64,000 nucleotides of DNA from Candidatus Falkowbacteria bacterium. GTDB lineage: Bacteria; Patescibacteriota; Patescibacteriia; Patescibacteriales; UBA12465. Where the stretch lies: contig JBAXJX010000002.1 of the NCBI GenBank assembly GCA_037137655.1, forward strand, positions 229,730 to 293,729, read 5' to 3'. Under the pieces are notes generated by a model. That model saw nothing but the letters and a program-made list of their open reading frames with translations. It was not told where the DNA came from and made no database searches. Each line of letters starts with the position of its first letter. Within the stretch, counting starts at the first letter, position 1. The position numbers were made by a program, and so were the translations under genes. Shown piece after piece: positions 15,791-27,297 of this stretch.

Positions 15791-18415
15791 ATGGCTAAAA
15801 GAAAATACAATAAAAACGATGGCGGAATTGATCCGTTAGAAAATATAAATCTTTCTAAAGTTAATTTAAATGCTAATGCCAAACGCAGTATTTTGGTGGT
15901 TTTTGTTTTTATTTTAGGTCTAATTAGTTTGTTGGGTTTATTTAATTTGTCTGGTCAGGTTGGATCATTGTTGTCTAAAATTTTATCTTCATCTTTTGGT
16001 TGGGGTCGTTGGATTTGGCCATTAATTCTAATGCTTTGGGCTTGGTTTTTGTATAAAGGCAAAAAATACCATGTCACTCGCTTTAATTATTTGGGCTTAT
16101 TTTTGTTTTTAATAGCTTATCAAAGTTTATTTCATTTTTTTATTTCTGAGGCCAATTCTAAGGCTTACGCTGAGGCTGGTTCCGGCGGTGGTTATGTTGG
16201 TCTGTATTTAAGCAGTTTTTTTACTAATATTTTTGGCTTCTGGGGTGGTTTAGTGTTTTTGGTGGCTCTATTCTTCGTATCAGTAATTTTAATTTTAAAT
16301 ACCTCACTTCATAATATTGTTGGCAGTCAAAGTTTTATTGGCCGAGCCTTGATTGAAGTTAAAAATTCTTTTGCTAAATTGTTTTCCAAAAATACCGATG
16401 AACTTGAGACGGCTGATTATGTCGAAGCACCAGCCAAGTTAGCCTCTAAGGCGGAATTAGAGGATGAGGATGAAAGTGAGGAAGAGGAAGTGGAGGAAGA
16501 GGAACCGCAACAAATCTCTGAATTTTTTAAAGAAAAAGTTATTAAAGTTAAGGCTACTCCTGCTGCTCCAGTTGAAGCTGCTCCGGCTAAAACTGATTGG
16601 AAAACTAAAAAAATTAAAATCGATTTACCATTAGAACTTTTATCAACTAAAACTGGTCAAGCTGCTGGTGGTGATATTGAACGCAACTCTTATATTATTA
16701 AAAACACACTAGAGCAGTTTGGTATTCCGGTTGATATGGCTGAGACAAGTGTTGGGCCAACCGTAACCCAATACACATTTAAACCATCAGATGGTATTAA
16801 ACTTTCCCGTATTACCGATTTGGCTAATAATTTATCCTTGGCTTTAGCAGCTCATCCAATTAGAATTGAAGCCCCAATTCCAGGTAAAGCTTTAGTTGGA
16901 ATTGAAGTGCCGAATAAGTCTAAAGCGGTGGTTGGTCTTCGTGAAATTTTGGAAGATAAGGCCTTTAAAAATCGCAATAGCAATTTAATGGTGGCACTTG
17001 GCAAAGATGTTTCTGGTGAAAATTGGTTATTTGATATTACTAAAATGCCCCATTTATTGGTGGCTGGTGCGACTAATTCTGGAAAATCAGTTTGTTTAAA
17101 TACAATTATTGTTAGTTTGCTATACCAAAATGGTCCAGAAAATTTGCGCTTTATTATGGTTGATCCGAAGCGGGTAGAATTACCAGCTTATAATGGTATC
17201 CCTCATTTACTAACTCCAGTAATTACAGAAGTACCAAAAACTATTAACGCCTTGAAGTGGTGTATGAATGAAATGGATCGTCGTTATGATATTTTAAATA
17301 AAGTTGGTAAGAAAAATATTCAATCATATAATGATAGTACTAAGGAAAAAATGCCTTATATTATTTTTGTGATTGATGAATTAGCTGATTTAATGGTGGC
17401 CGCTGCTAAAGACATTGAGGGCAGTATTATTCGTTTAACCCAAATGTCACGCGCGGTTGGTATCCATTTAATTTTAGCCACTCAACGTCCAAGTGTGGAT
17501 GTTATTACTGGTCTAATCAAGGCTAATGTTCCGGCTCGTATCGCCTTTTCGGTGGCGTCTGCAATTGATTCTAAAACTATTTTGGATAGCTCTGGCGCGG
17601 AAAAACTTTTAGGTAAAGGTGATATGTTGTTTAGTGCAGCTGGTTTATCTAAACCAAAAAGAATCCAGGGCGCATTAGTAGATGACGATGAAATTACGGC
17701 GATAACTGATTATATTAAAGAGAAAAATGGTCCAGTTGAATATTTAAGTGAAGTTGTGGAACGTCAAAAAGTTGGTGGTGTTGCTGGTATTGGTCTTGAT
17801 GGTACCACTGGCGATGAAGATGAGTTATTACAAGAAGCTAAGGAAATCGTGATCGGTATGGGTCGAGCCTCAACTTCATTATTGCAACGTCGCTTGCGTA
17901 TTGGTTATGGTCGCGCCGCCAGTATTTTAGATTACCTAGAAGAAGCGGGGCTCATTGGTCCTTCAAACGGTTCTAAGCCACGAGAAATTTTAATTAGCAA
18001 AGAACAATACGAACAATCTGTTGATCAACAACAATCTATGGCTGGTATGCCAGTTCATAGTCGTACTAGTGCTGCTATTCCAAATAGTTTCTTGGGAGAT
18101 GAGATTGATACTGAAGACGGCAATGATGGCACTTTAGAATTTGAAAGTGAAATAACATCACCAGTATTTGAGCCTGAAGTTACTATTGAACATCAGGTTG
18201 CAGTTGAACCAGATGATGCAGCTGAATCTGACGAAGAATTGGAAGAAGACTTGGAGGGTGAGTCGGAAGAAGAATTAGAAGAAGAATCAGGAGATGATGG
18301 TGAAGATGATGACGCGGCTGACGATGTTTTTGTTAGTAAAGAAGATGATAAAAAAGATACTAAACATGAAAAAATAATTGACGATGAAGATGACGGACGC
18401 TATTTTTCTAAATAA
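15791..18415 (+). CDS. ftsK: DNA translocase FtsK/SpoIIIE with acidic linker and an unusual acidic C-terminal extension
   Basis: 874 aa. N-terminal TM helices; motor domain LLVAGATNSGKS (Walker A) and FVIDELADL (Walker B); gamma wHTH SLLQRRLRIGYGRAASILDYLEEAGLIGP. About 130 further residues rich in D/E follow. Confidence 0.9.
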   Translation: MAKRKYNKNDGGIDPLENINLSKVNLNANAKRSILVVFVFILGLISLLGLFNLSGQVGSLLSKILSSSFGWGRWIWPLILMLWAWFLYKGKKYHVTRFNYLGLFLFLIAYQSLFHFFISEANSKAYAEAGSGGGYVGLYLSSFFTNIFGFWGGLVFLVALFFVSVILILNTSLHNIVGSQSFIGRALIEVKNSFAKLFSKNTDELETADYVEAPAKLASKAELEDEDESEEEEVEEEEPQQISEFFKEKVIKVKATPAAPVEAAPAKTDWKTKKIKIDLPLELLSTKTGQAAGGDIERNSYIIKNTLEQFGIPVDMAETSVGPTVTQYTFKPSDGIKLSRITDLANNLSLALAAHPIRIEAPIPGKALVGIEVPNKSKAVVGLREILEDKAFKNRNSNLMVALGKDVSGENWLFDITKMPHLLVAGATNSGKSVCLNTIIVSLLYQNGPENLRFIMVDPKRVELPAYNGIPHLLTPVITEVPKTINALKWCMNEMDRRYDILNKVGKKNIQSYNDSTKEKMPYIIFVIDELADLMVAAAKDIEGSIIRLTQMSRAVGIHLILATQRPSVDVITGLIKANVPARIAFSVASAIDSKTILDSSGAEKLLGKGDMLFSAAGLSKPKRIQGALVDDDEITAITDYIKEKNGPVEYLSEVVERQKVGGVAGIGLDGTTGDEDELLQEAKEIVIGMGRASTSLLQRRLRIGYGRAASILDYLEEAGLIGPSNGSKPREILISKEQYEQSVDQQQSMAGMPVHSRTSAAIPNSFLGDEIDTEDGNDGTLEFESEITSPVFEPEVTIEHQVAVEPDDAAESDEELEEDLEGESEEELEEESGDDGEDDDAADDVFVSKEDDKKDTKHEKIIDDEDDGRYFSK

Positions 18416-18425
18416 GTAAAAAAAT

Positions 18426-19877
18426 ATGGAACCTATAAAACAAATAGTAAAAAAAATTATTCCCCGTCAGTTTTTTAAGAAACTGCAACCAACTTATCAT
18501 TATTTGCTAAGTTTTGCGGCAGCTACTTTTTATGGTTACCCAAGTAATAAATTGGTAGTTATTGGAATTACTGGTACTACCGGCAAAACTTCCTCGGTTT
18601 ATTTAATTTCTAAAGTTCTAGAAACGGCTGGTTATAAAGTTGGCTACACTTCAACTTCCATGTTTAAGGATGGACAAAATGAATGGATGAATGACAAAAA
18701 AATGACTATGGTTGGTGGTTTTTTTACTCATAAATTGTTGCGTAAAATGGTTAAAAATCGCTGTCATTATGCTATTGTGGAAACTACTTCGGAAGGTATT
18801 CGCCAATTCCGCCATCGCTTTATAAATTACGATACTTTAATTTTCACTGGTCTTTATCCAGAACATATTGAATCACACGGTACTTATGAAAATTATAAAA
18901 AAGCTAAAGGTGAGCTTTTTGCGCACCTAAAAAAATGCAAAACAAAGTATATTAATGATTACAATACAGTTGTAACCCCAAAAAATGAATTGAAAAAATT
19001 GGACTTAAAACGGGTTAAAAAAACTATCATTGCTAATTATGATGATGCTGAGACGGGATATTTTTTAAATTTTTGGGCTGAGCGTAAAATGGTTTATACT
19101 AATAATTTCGAAACAAGCCCAGAGGGTTTAAGTGCTGAAATTTTAAATACTTTAGAAATTGCTGAATATAAAAATATTAATTTAAGTGCTTTTGGCACTG
19201 CTTTTGATGTTGCGCTGCGACCTGATAATTTTGCTTCACCTAAGGATAAGTTAAAAGAGATTAATATTAAGTTGAAATTGCTCGGATCTTTTAGTGCTCA
19301 AAATGCGATGAATGCTTTGTGTGCTGGTTTAGCCCAAGACTTGAGCCTTAGTGAAATTAAGCGTGGTTTGGAGAACGTGAAGGGCATTGCTGGCCGTATG
19401 GAAATGATTAATGAGGGGCAGCCATTCTCGGTGGTGGTAGATTATGCTTATGAGCCTAAAGCAGTGATTAAGCTGTACGAGGCCATGGATCTTTTACCTC
19501 ACAATAAGATTATTCATATTTTAGGTTCTTGTGGTGGTGGTCGTGATAAGGCCCGTCAACCAATCTTGGGAGATTTGGCTGGTAAAAAGGCGGATTATGT
19601 GGTTGTGACTAACGAAGATCCTTACGATGATGACCCAATGGAAATTATTAACAATGTTTTTGTGGGCGCAGAAAAAGCCGGAAAAACGGCTAATGAAAAT
19701 CTATTTAAAATTTTAGATCGGCGTGAAGCCATTGCTAAGGGCTTATCCTTGGCTAAACATGGCGATATTGTGCTTGTTACCGGTAAAGGTAGTGAGCAGG
19801 CAATTTGCTTGGCCAAAGGTAAAAAAATGCCTTGGGATGATCGTCAAGTAGTTAAAGAGGAAATCCTCCGAATGTAA
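18426..19877 (+). CDS. murE: Mur ligase family protein, MurE-like (UDP-MurNAc-L-Ala-D-Glu:diamino acid ligase)
   Basis: 483 aa. GITGTTGKTS P-loop, LYPEHIESHG, VDYAYEP and TNEDPYDDDP correspond to MurE motif positions. Substrate specificity is not determinable from the sequence. Confidence 0.7.
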   Translation: MEPIKQIVKKIIPRQFFKKLQPTYHYLLSFAAATFYGYPSNKLVVIGITGTTGKTSSVYLISKVLETAGYKVGYTSTSMFKDGQNEWMNDKKMTMVGGFFTHKLLRKMVKNRCHYAIVETTSEGIRQFRHRFINYDTLIFTGLYPEHIESHGTYENYKKAKGELFAHLKKCKTKYINDYNTVVTPKNELKKLDLKRVKKTIIANYDDAETGYFLNFWAERKMVYTNNFETSPEGLSAEILNTLEIAEYKNINLSAFGTAFDVALRPDNFASPKDKLKEINIKLKLLGSFSAQNAMNALCAGLAQDLSLSEIKRGLENVKGIAGRMEMINEGQPFSVVVDYAYEPKAVIKLYEAMDLLPHNKIIHILGSCGGGRDKARQPILGDLAGKKADYVVVTNEDPYDDDPMEIINNVFVGAEKAGKTANENLFKILDRREAIAKGLSLAKHGDIVLVTGKGSEQAICLAKGKKMPWDDRQVVKEEILRM

Positions 19878-19901
19878 CCTTGTCTGTGGATAAGTTGGGG
19901 A

Positions 19902-19930
19902 TTGACAAAAGCCGGAAAATATAATATTAT
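19902..19930 (+). promoter_or_regulatory. Candidate promoter in the rpoB leader region
   Basis: TTGACA (19902-19907), a 17-nt spacer, TATTAT (19925-19930). The 12-mer TTGACAAAAGCC is shared with the glyA promoter at 7425-7436. Confidence 0.35.
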
Positions 19931-20144
19931 TGAGGTAATGCTTTTAAATAACTAATCTTTTAAAAGTGACTATTTCCGTTTTTAAGTAAAATTTAATCGT
20001 TGTTAAACTCAAACCGCTTTCCATGGTATTGGGCTTTTTTTGTTGACGTTAGCAGTTTAACGGCCTTTTTGCATCATTTTATTCAATTTTTAAATAATAT
20101 TTATAATAAAAACAACCTTTAGTCTTTGATTCAGAAGGGAGGGG

Positions 20145-23100
20145 TTGTCTACGAAAAATATGTCCAATACAATTGCTCCGAAGAGTTCACCGAAGCTTGG
20201 AGAACGAAAATATTTTTCCAAAGTCAATGAGAATGCTGAGATGCCAGATCTGATTGAAATTCAGAAAGATTCTTATAAATGGTTTTTGGATGAAGGCTTA
20301 GCTGAATTGTTTGACGAAATATCGCCAATCACCGATTTTAACAATCGTAACTTGGAGTTATACTTTGGCGAATACTATTTAGACAAGCCAAAATTCAATG
20401 AAATTGAAAGTCGTGAGAAAAATATTACTTACGAAGCACCGTTACGCGTTAAAACTACTTTAGTTAATAAGAAAACTGGTGAAGAAAACAAACAAGAAGT
20501 CTTTTTGGGTGATTTTCCATTGATGACTGATAAAGGTACATTTATTATCAACGGTATTGAAAGAGTTGTTGTTTCTCAACTTATTAGAAGTGCCGGTGTA
20601 ATGTTCACTTCCGAATTTATTAAAGGTAAAAAATATTACGGTGCCAAAATTATTCCAAATCGTGGCGCTTGGTTAGAAGTGGAAACTGATGCCAACAAAG
20701 TTTTGTGGATCAGAATTGATCGTAAGAGAAAAGTGGCCGCAACATCTGTGTTGCGTGCTTTTGGTATTGCTGACGATGAAGAAATCAAAAAATTATTCAA
20801 AGATATTGATATCACAAAAGACCCTGATGAACCTGGTTATATCGATGCTACTTTAGATAAAGATATTGCTAAAGATGAAGCGGGTGGTTTGCAAGAAGTT
20901 TATCGCCGTATTCGTCCAGATGATTTAGCGACTGCTGAAAATGCGAAGAGTTTAATTTACTCCATGTTCTTCCGCTTTGATCGTTATGATTTTGGTCGTG
21001 TTGGTCGTTACAAATTAAACCGTCGTTTTAACGAAACTTTACCAATTGATAAAGAACATAGAATTTTACGTCGTGAAGATGTTATCAATATTTTACGTGA
21101 AGTTATTAAATTAAATATTACTAAGGGTGAAGAAGATGATATCGACCATTTAGGTAATCGTCGTATTCGGGCTATCGGTGGTTTAATCCAAAGCCGTTTC
21201 CGCGTTGGTTTGGTTCGTATGGAAAGAATCATTAAAGATAAAATGAGTACTTCTGATATCGGAACTTTGACTCCAAATAAATTAGTTAACGCTCGTCCCG
21301 TGATTGGTGTAGTGAAAGAATTCTTTATGTCTTCTCAATTATCTCAATTCATGGATCAAGTTAATCCACTAGCTGAATTGGAACACAAGCGTCGTTTGTC
21401 AGCGATGGGTCCTGGTGGTTTGTCTCGTGAAAGAGCGGGCTTTGATGTTCGTGATGTGCACACTACTCACTATGGTCGTATTTGTCCGATTGCGACTCCT
21501 GAAGGTCCAAACATTGGTTTGGTTGGTCACTTAGCTTGTTTTGCTAAATTAAATAATTACGGTTTCTTGGAAACTCCATACCGTAAAGTTAAGCATGAAA
21601 ATGGTGGTCATTATGTGACTGATGAAACTGTTTACTTAGACGCTTTTGAAGAAGAAAAATATATTACTGTGGATTGCACAATTCCAACTGACAATAATCG
21701 TAAATTTATTGTTGACCATTACGATGTGCGTAAATATGGTAAACCAGCGACTGAGTTAGTAGAAAATATTGATTTTGTTGGTATTGCTCCAAACCAAATT
21801 ATTTCTGTAGCCACTTCACTTATTCCGTTCATGGAACACAATGATGGTCAGAGATCTTTAATGGGTACAAACATGCAACGTCAGGCTGTGCCTTTGGTTA
21901 AGAGTGAGTCTCCATATGTTGGTACTGGTGTTGAAGCTCGCGCTGCGATTGATTCTGGTCATGTTATTTTGGCCGAAGATGATGGTGAGGTTATTCGCGC
22001 TGATGCTTTGACAATCGAAGTCCGTGATAAAAAAGATAAAGTTCGAAAATATAATTTAAATAAATTTTTACGTTCCAACTCACTTACTTGTATTAATCAA
22101 CATCCACTTGTGAATGTTGGTGACAAAGTTCGTCGTGGTCAAATTATGTCTGATGGTCCAGCAATTGATGCTGGTGAATTAGCTTTGGGCCGTAACGTTT
22201 TGGTAGCCTTCATGACTTGGGATGGTTTCAACTATGAAGATGCCGTGATTATTTCTGAACGTTTAGTACGTGAAGATGTTTATTCTTCGATCCATATTGA
22301 AAATTACACTATGGATGTGCGTGATACTAAACTTGGACCGGAAATCATTACTAATGATATTCCAAATATTTCCGAAGAAAAATTAAAGAATTTGGATGAA
22401 GACGGTATTATCCGTATTGGCGCTGAAGTTTCTTCTGGTGATATCTTGTGTGGAAAAATTACTCCAAAAGGTGAAACAAAATTAAGTGCTGAAGAAAAAT
22501 TATTACGCGCTATCTTTGGTGAAAAAGCGAAAGACGTACGTGATTCTTCTCTATATTTAGAGCATGGTGAACACGGTAAAGTGGTAGATATCAAAATCTT
22601 CTCTCGCGAAGATGGTGATAAATTATCCACTGGTGTTTTGAAATCTATTCAAGTTTCCGTGGCTAACTTAAGAAAAGTTCAAGTTGGTGATAAGATGTCT
22701 GGTCGTCATGGTAATAAAGGTGTTATTTCTAAAATCGTTCCAGCTGAAGATATGCCTTACATGGAAGATGGTACTCCAGTGGATGTGATTTTATCTCCTT
22801 TGGGTATTATTTCTCGTATGAACTTGGGTCAGTTGCTTGAAACTCATATGGGTTTTGCCGCTAAGAAGTTGGGTTACAAATGTGCAGCTCCAGCTCTAAA
22901 CGGTATTACTGAGGAACAAATTAAATCAGAATTGAAACGGGCTGGATTACCAGAAGATGGAAAAGTTGATCTTTACGATGGTAAGACTGGTGATAAATAT
23001 GACAACAGAGTTACAGTTGGTATTAAATACATGTTGAAATTAAATCACATGGTGGAAGATAAGATTCACCAACGTTCTATCGGTCCATACTCATTAATTA

Positions 23101-23507
23101 CGCAACAACCTTTAGGTGGTAAAGCGCAATTTGGTGGACAGAGATTCGGAGAAATGGAAGTTTGGGCTTTGGAAGGTTACGGTGCAGCTCATACTTTGCA
23201 AGAAATTTTAACAATTAAATCCGATGACGTTACTGGTCGTTCTAAGGCTTACGAAGCGATTATCAAAGGTGAAAAGATTCAAAAACAAAATGTTCCAGAA
23301 TCATTTTCAGTGTTAGTTTCTGAGTTAAAAGGCCTTTGTTTGAATGTAGAATTATTAGGAGGCACTCCAAGTGTAGAAGGTGAAGATGGTGTTGAAATTG
23401 AAACCATTATTCCAGATGCAATTGAAGAATATAAAGCTATGACTGAAAAAGAAGCTCCAGTCATATCTGAAATCGCCGCCGCTAGTCCGGTAATTGATGA
23501 AGAATAA
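20145..23507 (+). CDS. rpoB: DNA-directed RNA polymerase subunit beta
   Basis: 1120 aa with unmistakable RpoB motifs throughout (for example GNRRIRAIGGLI, SQLSQFMDQ, GRHGNKGV). The start is a TTG at 20145, preceded by SD GAAGGGAGGGG. An ATG at 20160 is an alternative start. Confidence 0.95.
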   Translation: MSTKNMSNTIAPKSSPKLGERKYFSKVNENAEMPDLIEIQKDSYKWFLDEGLAELFDEISPITDFNNRNLELYFGEYYLDKPKFNEIESREKNITYEAPLRVKTTLVNKKTGEENKQEVFLGDFPLMTDKGTFIINGIERVVVSQLIRSAGVMFTSEFIKGKKYYGAKIIPNRGAWLEVETDANKVLWIRIDRKRKVAATSVLRAFGIADDEEIKKLFKDIDITKDPDEPGYIDATLDKDIAKDEAGGLQEVYRRIRPDDLATAENAKSLIYSMFFRFDRYDFGRVGRYKLNRRFNETLPIDKEHRILRREDVINILREVIKLNITKGEEDDIDHLGNRRIRAIGGLIQSRFRVGLVRMERIIKDKMSTSDIGTLTPNKLVNARPVIGVVKEFFMSSQLSQFMDQVNPLAELEHKRRLSAMGPGGLSRERAGFDVRDVHTTHYGRICPIATPEGPNIGLVGHLACFAKLNNYGFLETPYRKVKHENGGHYVTDETVYLDAFEEEKYITVDCTIPTDNNRKFIVDHYDVRKYGKPATELVENIDFVGIAPNQIISVATSLIPFMEHNDGQRSLMGTNMQRQAVPLVKSESPYVGTGVEARAAIDSGHVILAEDDGEVIRADALTIEVRDKKDKVRKYNLNKFLRSNSLTCINQHPLVNVGDKVRRGQIMSDGPAIDAGELALGRNVLVAFMTWDGFNYEDAVIISERLVREDVYSSIHIENYTMDVRDTKLGPEIITNDIPNISEEKLKNLDEDGIIRIGAEVSSGDILCGKITPKGETKLSAEEKLLRAIFGEKAKDVRDSSLYLEHGEHGKVVDIKIFSREDGDKLSTGVLKSIQVSVANLRKVQVGDKMSGRHGNKGVISKIVPAEDMPYMEDGTPVDVILSPLGIISRMNLGQLLETHMGFAAKKLGYKCAAPALNGITEEQIKSELKRAGLPEDGKVDLYDGKTGDKYDNRVTVGIKYMLKLNHMVEDKIHQRSIGPYSLITQQPLGGKAQFGGQRFGEMEVWALEGYGAAHTLQEILTIKSDDVTGRSKAYEAIIKGEKIQKQNVPESFSVLVSELKGLCLNVELLGGTPSVEGEDGVEIETIIPDAIEEYKAMTEKEAPVISEIAAASPVIDEE

Positions 23508-23533
23508 TTAATTTTTTAAATATTTCAAAACAT

Positions 23534-26500
23534 ATGCTGAATCCAATTAAGACTACCGATTTTGATGCCATCCGTTTAAAGTTGGCATCACCGGAAGAAA
23601 TACTGGGCTGGTCTCACGGCGAAGTTATTCGTCCTGAAACTATTAACTACCGCACTCAAAAACCAGAACGCGATGGTTTGTTCTGTGAAAAAATCTTTGG
23701 TCCAACCAAGGATTGGGAGTGTGCTTGCGGTAAGTATAAAAAAATTCGTTACAAAGGCATCGTTTGCGATAAGTGTGGCGTGGAAGTTACTCGCTCTTTT
23801 ATCCGTCGTGAACGCATGGGCCATATCACTCTACAAGTTCCAGCAACTCATGTTTGGTTTTTACGTGGTTTATCATCCAAGATCGGCTTGATTTTAAATT
23901 TATCAATTCAATCTTTGGAAAAAGTTGTGTATTTCGCTAATTTTATTGTGACTGATGTTGATGAAACAATGAAAGAATCAACTTTAGAACAAGTTAAACG
24001 CGAATACAAAACTAAACACAAACAAATTGTTGATGCTTATGATCGCGAAGATAAAGCAGCGGTTGATAAAAAAGCTAAAGATGAAGCTTTGAAAACTAAA
24101 GAAGAAAAAATTGCTCGTTTAGACGATGATGTGGAAGAAGCGAAAAAAGAATTGAAAGATTTGAAACCTCTATTAATTTTAACTGAACAAGAATATCAAA
24201 ATTTAAGTTTGAAATTCGGTTATCTTTTTGAAGCTGGTATTGGCGCTGAAGCTATCCGTAAATTATTGTCTAAAATCAACTTAGATAAAAGTATTACTAA
24301 GTTGGAGGAAAAATTAGAAAAGGCAGTTGATATTAAGAGAGATAAATTAGTAAAAAGATTAAAACTTTTAAAGAACTTTAAGAATAATAATATTCGTCCA
24401 GAATGGATGATCTTGTCGATTTTACCAGTGATCCCACCAGATTTACGTCCGATGGTGGCACTTGATGGCGGTCGTTTTGCGGCTTCTGATTTAAATGATT
24501 TGTACCGTCGTGTTATTAACCGTAATAATCGTTTGAAACAATTGATCGATTTAAATGCTCCAGAAGTTATTTGTCGTAACGAAAAGCGCATGTTGCAAGA
24601 AGCGGTTGATTCATTATTGGATAACTCTTCTCGTAACACCAAGACTATCACTGCTTCAACTGGTCAAAAGAGACAATTGAAATCTTTAGCTGATACTTTG
24701 AAAGGTAAACAAGGTCGTTTCCGTCAAAATTTATTAGGTAAACGGGTTGATTACTCTGGTCGTTCAGTTATCGTGGTTAATCCAAAATTAAATTTGGATC
24801 AATGTGGTCTACCAAAAATCATGGCTTTGGAATTATTCAAACCATTTATCGTTAGTCAATTAATTAAAAATGAAGTAGTGCACAATGTGCGTAGTGCTTC
24901 TCGTTATATTGATGCTGGACACGATGATGTTTGGGATATTTTGGAAAACATTGTTTCTAAAGCTTATGTGCTTTTAAACCGTGCGCCTACTCTTCATCGT
25001 TTAGGTATTCAAGCTTTCCGTCCGATTTTGATTGAAGGTAAAGCGATTCAAATCCATCCTTTAGTTTGTACAGCTTTCAACGCCGATTTCGATGGTGACC
25101 AAATGGCTGTTCATGTACCACTTACTGAAGAAGCGGTGGCTGAAGCACGTGATTTAATGCTTTCGACTCACAACTTACTTAAACCAGCGACTGGCGATCC
25201 AATTGTTACTCCTTCTCAAGATATCGTTTGGGGTGCTTACTATATTACTTTCGCTAACAAAGATTACGAAGCATGTGCTAATGAAAATATGAAAGCTTTT
25301 TTTAGCGAAGATGAAGCTAAATTAGCTTACGAACATAAATACATTGATTTGCATGAAGCAATTCGCGTTCGAATTGATGGCACTTTAATGAAAACTACAG
25401 TGGGTCGTTTAATTTTTAACGACATTTTACCACAAAAATTGCGCTACTTAAATGAAGTGGTGGGCAAAGGAAAACTAAGAAACTTAATTCGTGATTGTTT
25501 AAATATTTACGGTGAAGATGAAACTGTGGCCTTTATTGATCACTTGAAGAATAAATCTTTTGCCTTTATCACTAAATCTGGTTTATCATGGGGCTTTGGT
25601 GATCTTCCAAACTTGCCAGCGAAAGATGCTTTGATTACTGATGCGAGTGCTGAAGTTGAGAAGATTCGTGAACAATTTGAAGAAGGTTTACTAACCGAAA
25701 GTGAACGTTATAGTAAAGTTATTGAAACTTGGACTAGTGCCAAAGAAAAAATCGCTGAAATCTGTAAAAAGAGTTTGGTGGATATTCTACCACTTTTCTC
25801 TATGATTGAATCTGGTGCTCGTGGCTCTTGGTCACAACCGGTGCAGATTTTAGGTATGAAAGGTTTGGTGACTTCACCTTCTGGTGCAATTATTGAATTA
25901 CCGGTTAAAGGAAACTTTAAAGCTGGTTTCGGTGTGTTGGAATATTTTATTTCGACTCACGCGACTCGTAAAGGTTTGTCCGATACCGCTCTTCGTACCG
26001 CTTCGGCTGGTTACTTGACTCGTCGTTTAGTTGACGTGGCTCAAGATGTTATTATTTCTGAAGAAGATTGTGGCGATACAGAAGGTTTGATTCTATACAA
26101 GAAAGATGCGATGGCTGTGGGTGAAGATTTCTACAAAAAGATTTGTGGTCGTTTCTTGGCCAAAGATTTGTTTGATAAAGCTGGTAAAAAACTTGGTGAT
26201 GCCGGTGATTTGGTTAGCGACGCTTTGGCGCTTGCTGCTCGAACAGCTGAAATTGATGAAGTTTGTATTCGCTCTGTTTTGAGCTGTCATTTGCATAAAG
26301 GAGTTTGTGCTAAATGTTACGGTTACGATTTGGCTTATAATAAACCAGTTAAACTTGGTACTACTGTTGGTATTATTGCCGCTCAATCGATTGGTGAACC
26401 TGGTACACAGTTGACTATGAGAACCTTCCATACTGGTGGTGTGGCTGGATCAGACGATATCACTCAAGGTTTGCCTCGTGTGGAAGAAATTTTCGAAGCT

Positions 26501-27235
26501 CGTGCTCCGAAGAAAAAAGCGGTTATTGCCGAACAAGATGGTCGCATTGAAATTGAAGTTGGTGAAAAAATCATTAAAGATGCGAAAGGCAAAGATCTTG
26601 TCGTTAGTAACTCCCAAGAAAAAATTATTCGCGTTCACTTTACTGAAAGTGTTGGTAAGGGCAAGGATGAGGCTATGATTAGAGAATATGTTTTACCTCG
26701 TGGCACTATGGTTTTTGTGAAAGACGGTGACACAGTTAAGAAAGGTGACTTATTAACTGAAGGTAGTTTGAATCTAAAAGAAGCCTATAAACTTTGTGGT
26801 CGCTTGGTTGTTCAACGTTATATCATTAAAGAAATTCAATATGTTTACTCTTCTCAAGGTCAACCTTTGAATGATAAACACGTGGAAATTATTGCGCGTC
26901 AAATGTTCTCCCGCTATACAGTTTTAGAGTCTGGCGATACTAATTTATTACCAGGTGAAGTAGTGGAAGAAGAAGTTTTCTTTAAAGCTAACTCGGAAGT
27001 TGAAAAAGGTGCTGAAGGTGAAAGAATGTTGCTTGGTATCACTAAGACCTCTCTTTCTACTGACAGTTTCTTGTCAGCTGCGTCCTTCCAAGAGACACCT
27101 CGCGTGTTAATTGAAGCGGCAGTTTCCGGTAAGATTGATTATCTTGATGGTCTAAAAGAAAATGTTATCATTGGTTGTTTGATCCCAGCTGGTACTGGTT
27201 ATAAGGGCAAACAAAAACGTGATATCTATAAATAG
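23534..27235 (+). CDS. rpoC: DNA-directed RNA polymerase subunit beta'
   Basis: 1233 aa. Zn-finger CACGKY...CDKCGVE, catalytic [12 protein letters not shown], and trigger loop/bridge helix regions are recognisable. Confidence 0.95.
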   Translation: MLNPIKTTDFDAIRLKLASPEEILGWSHGEVIRPETINYRTQKPERDGLFCEKIFGPTKDWECACGKYKKIRYKGIVCDKCGVEVTRSFIRRERMGHITLQVPATHVWFLRGLSSKIGLILNLSIQSLEKVVYFANFIVTDVDETMKESTLEQVKREYKTKHKQIVDAYDREDKAAVDKKAKDEALKTKEEKIARLDDDVEEAKKELKDLKPLLILTEQEYQNLSLKFGYLFEAGIGAEAIRKLLSKINLDKSITKLEEKLEKAVDIKRDKLVKRLKLLKNFKNNNIRPEWMILSILPVIPPDLRPMVALDGGRFAASDLNDLYRRVINRNNRLKQLIDLNAPEVICRNEKRMLQEAVDSLLDNSSRNTKTITASTGQKRQLKSLADTLKGKQGRFRQNLLGKRVDYSGRSVIVVNPKLNLDQCGLPKIMALELFKPFIVSQLIKNEVVHNVRSASRYIDAGHDDVWDILENIVSKAYVLLNRAPTLHRLGIQAFRPILIEGKAIQIHPLVCTAFNADFDGDQMAVHVPLTEEAVAEARDLMLSTHNLLKPATGDPIVTPSQDIVWGAYYITFANKDYEACANENMKAFFSEDEAKLAYEHKYIDLHEAIRVRIDGTLMKTTVGRLIFNDILPQKLRYLNEVVGKGKLRNLIRDCLNIYGEDETVAFIDHLKNKSFAFITKSGLSWGFGDLPNLPAKDALITDASAEVEKIREQFEEGLLTESERYSKVIETWTSAKEKIAEICKKSLVDILPLFSMIESGARGSWSQPVQILGMKGLVTSPSGAIIELPVKGNFKAGFGVLEYFISTHATRKGLSDTALRTASAGYLTRRLVDVAQDVIISEEDCGDTEGLILYKKDAMAVGEDFYKKICGRFLAKDLFDKAGKKLGDAGDLVSDALALAARTAEIDEVCIRSVLSCHLHKGVCAKCYGYDLAYNKPVKLGTTVGIIAAQSIGEPGTQLTMRTFHTGGVAGSDDITQGLPRVEEIFEARAPKKKAVIAEQDGRIEIEVGEKIIKDAKGKDLVVSNSQEKIIRVHFTESVGKGKDEAMIREYVLPRGTMVFVKDGDTVKKGDLLTEGSLNLKEAYKLCGRLVVQRYIIKEIQYVYSSQGQPLNDKHVEIIARQMFSRYTVLESGDTNLLPGEVVEEEVFFKANSEVEKGAEGERMLLGITKTSLSTDSFLSAASFQETPRVLIEAAVSGKIDYLDGLKENVIIGCLIPAGTGYKGKQKRDIYK

Positions 27236-27250
27236 TTAGAGGCTCGATAT

Positions 27251-27283
27251 AAAAAAAGACTCCGCTCAAACGGGGTCTTTTTT
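27251..27283 (+). terminator. Intrinsic terminator after rpoC
   Basis: Stem gactccg / cggggtc (27258-27264 / 27271-27277) followed by a T-run at 27278-27283. Confidence 0.75.
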
Positions 27284-27297
27284 GTTACTCTAATCCT

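Noticed and set aside
15351-18415. Interpreting FtsK next to pilin paralog 7 as a conjugative coupling protein (TcpA/VirD4-like).
   Set aside because: The protein has the full chromosomal FtsK architecture, including the gamma wHTH domain, and is followed by murE, a division/cell-wall context. The adjacency alone is insufficient.
19885-19893. The perfect DnaA box as evidence for oriC.
   Set aside because: It is a single box, with no cluster, no adjacent AT-rich unwinding repeats and no dnaA/dnaN nearby. A 9-mer can occur by chance.
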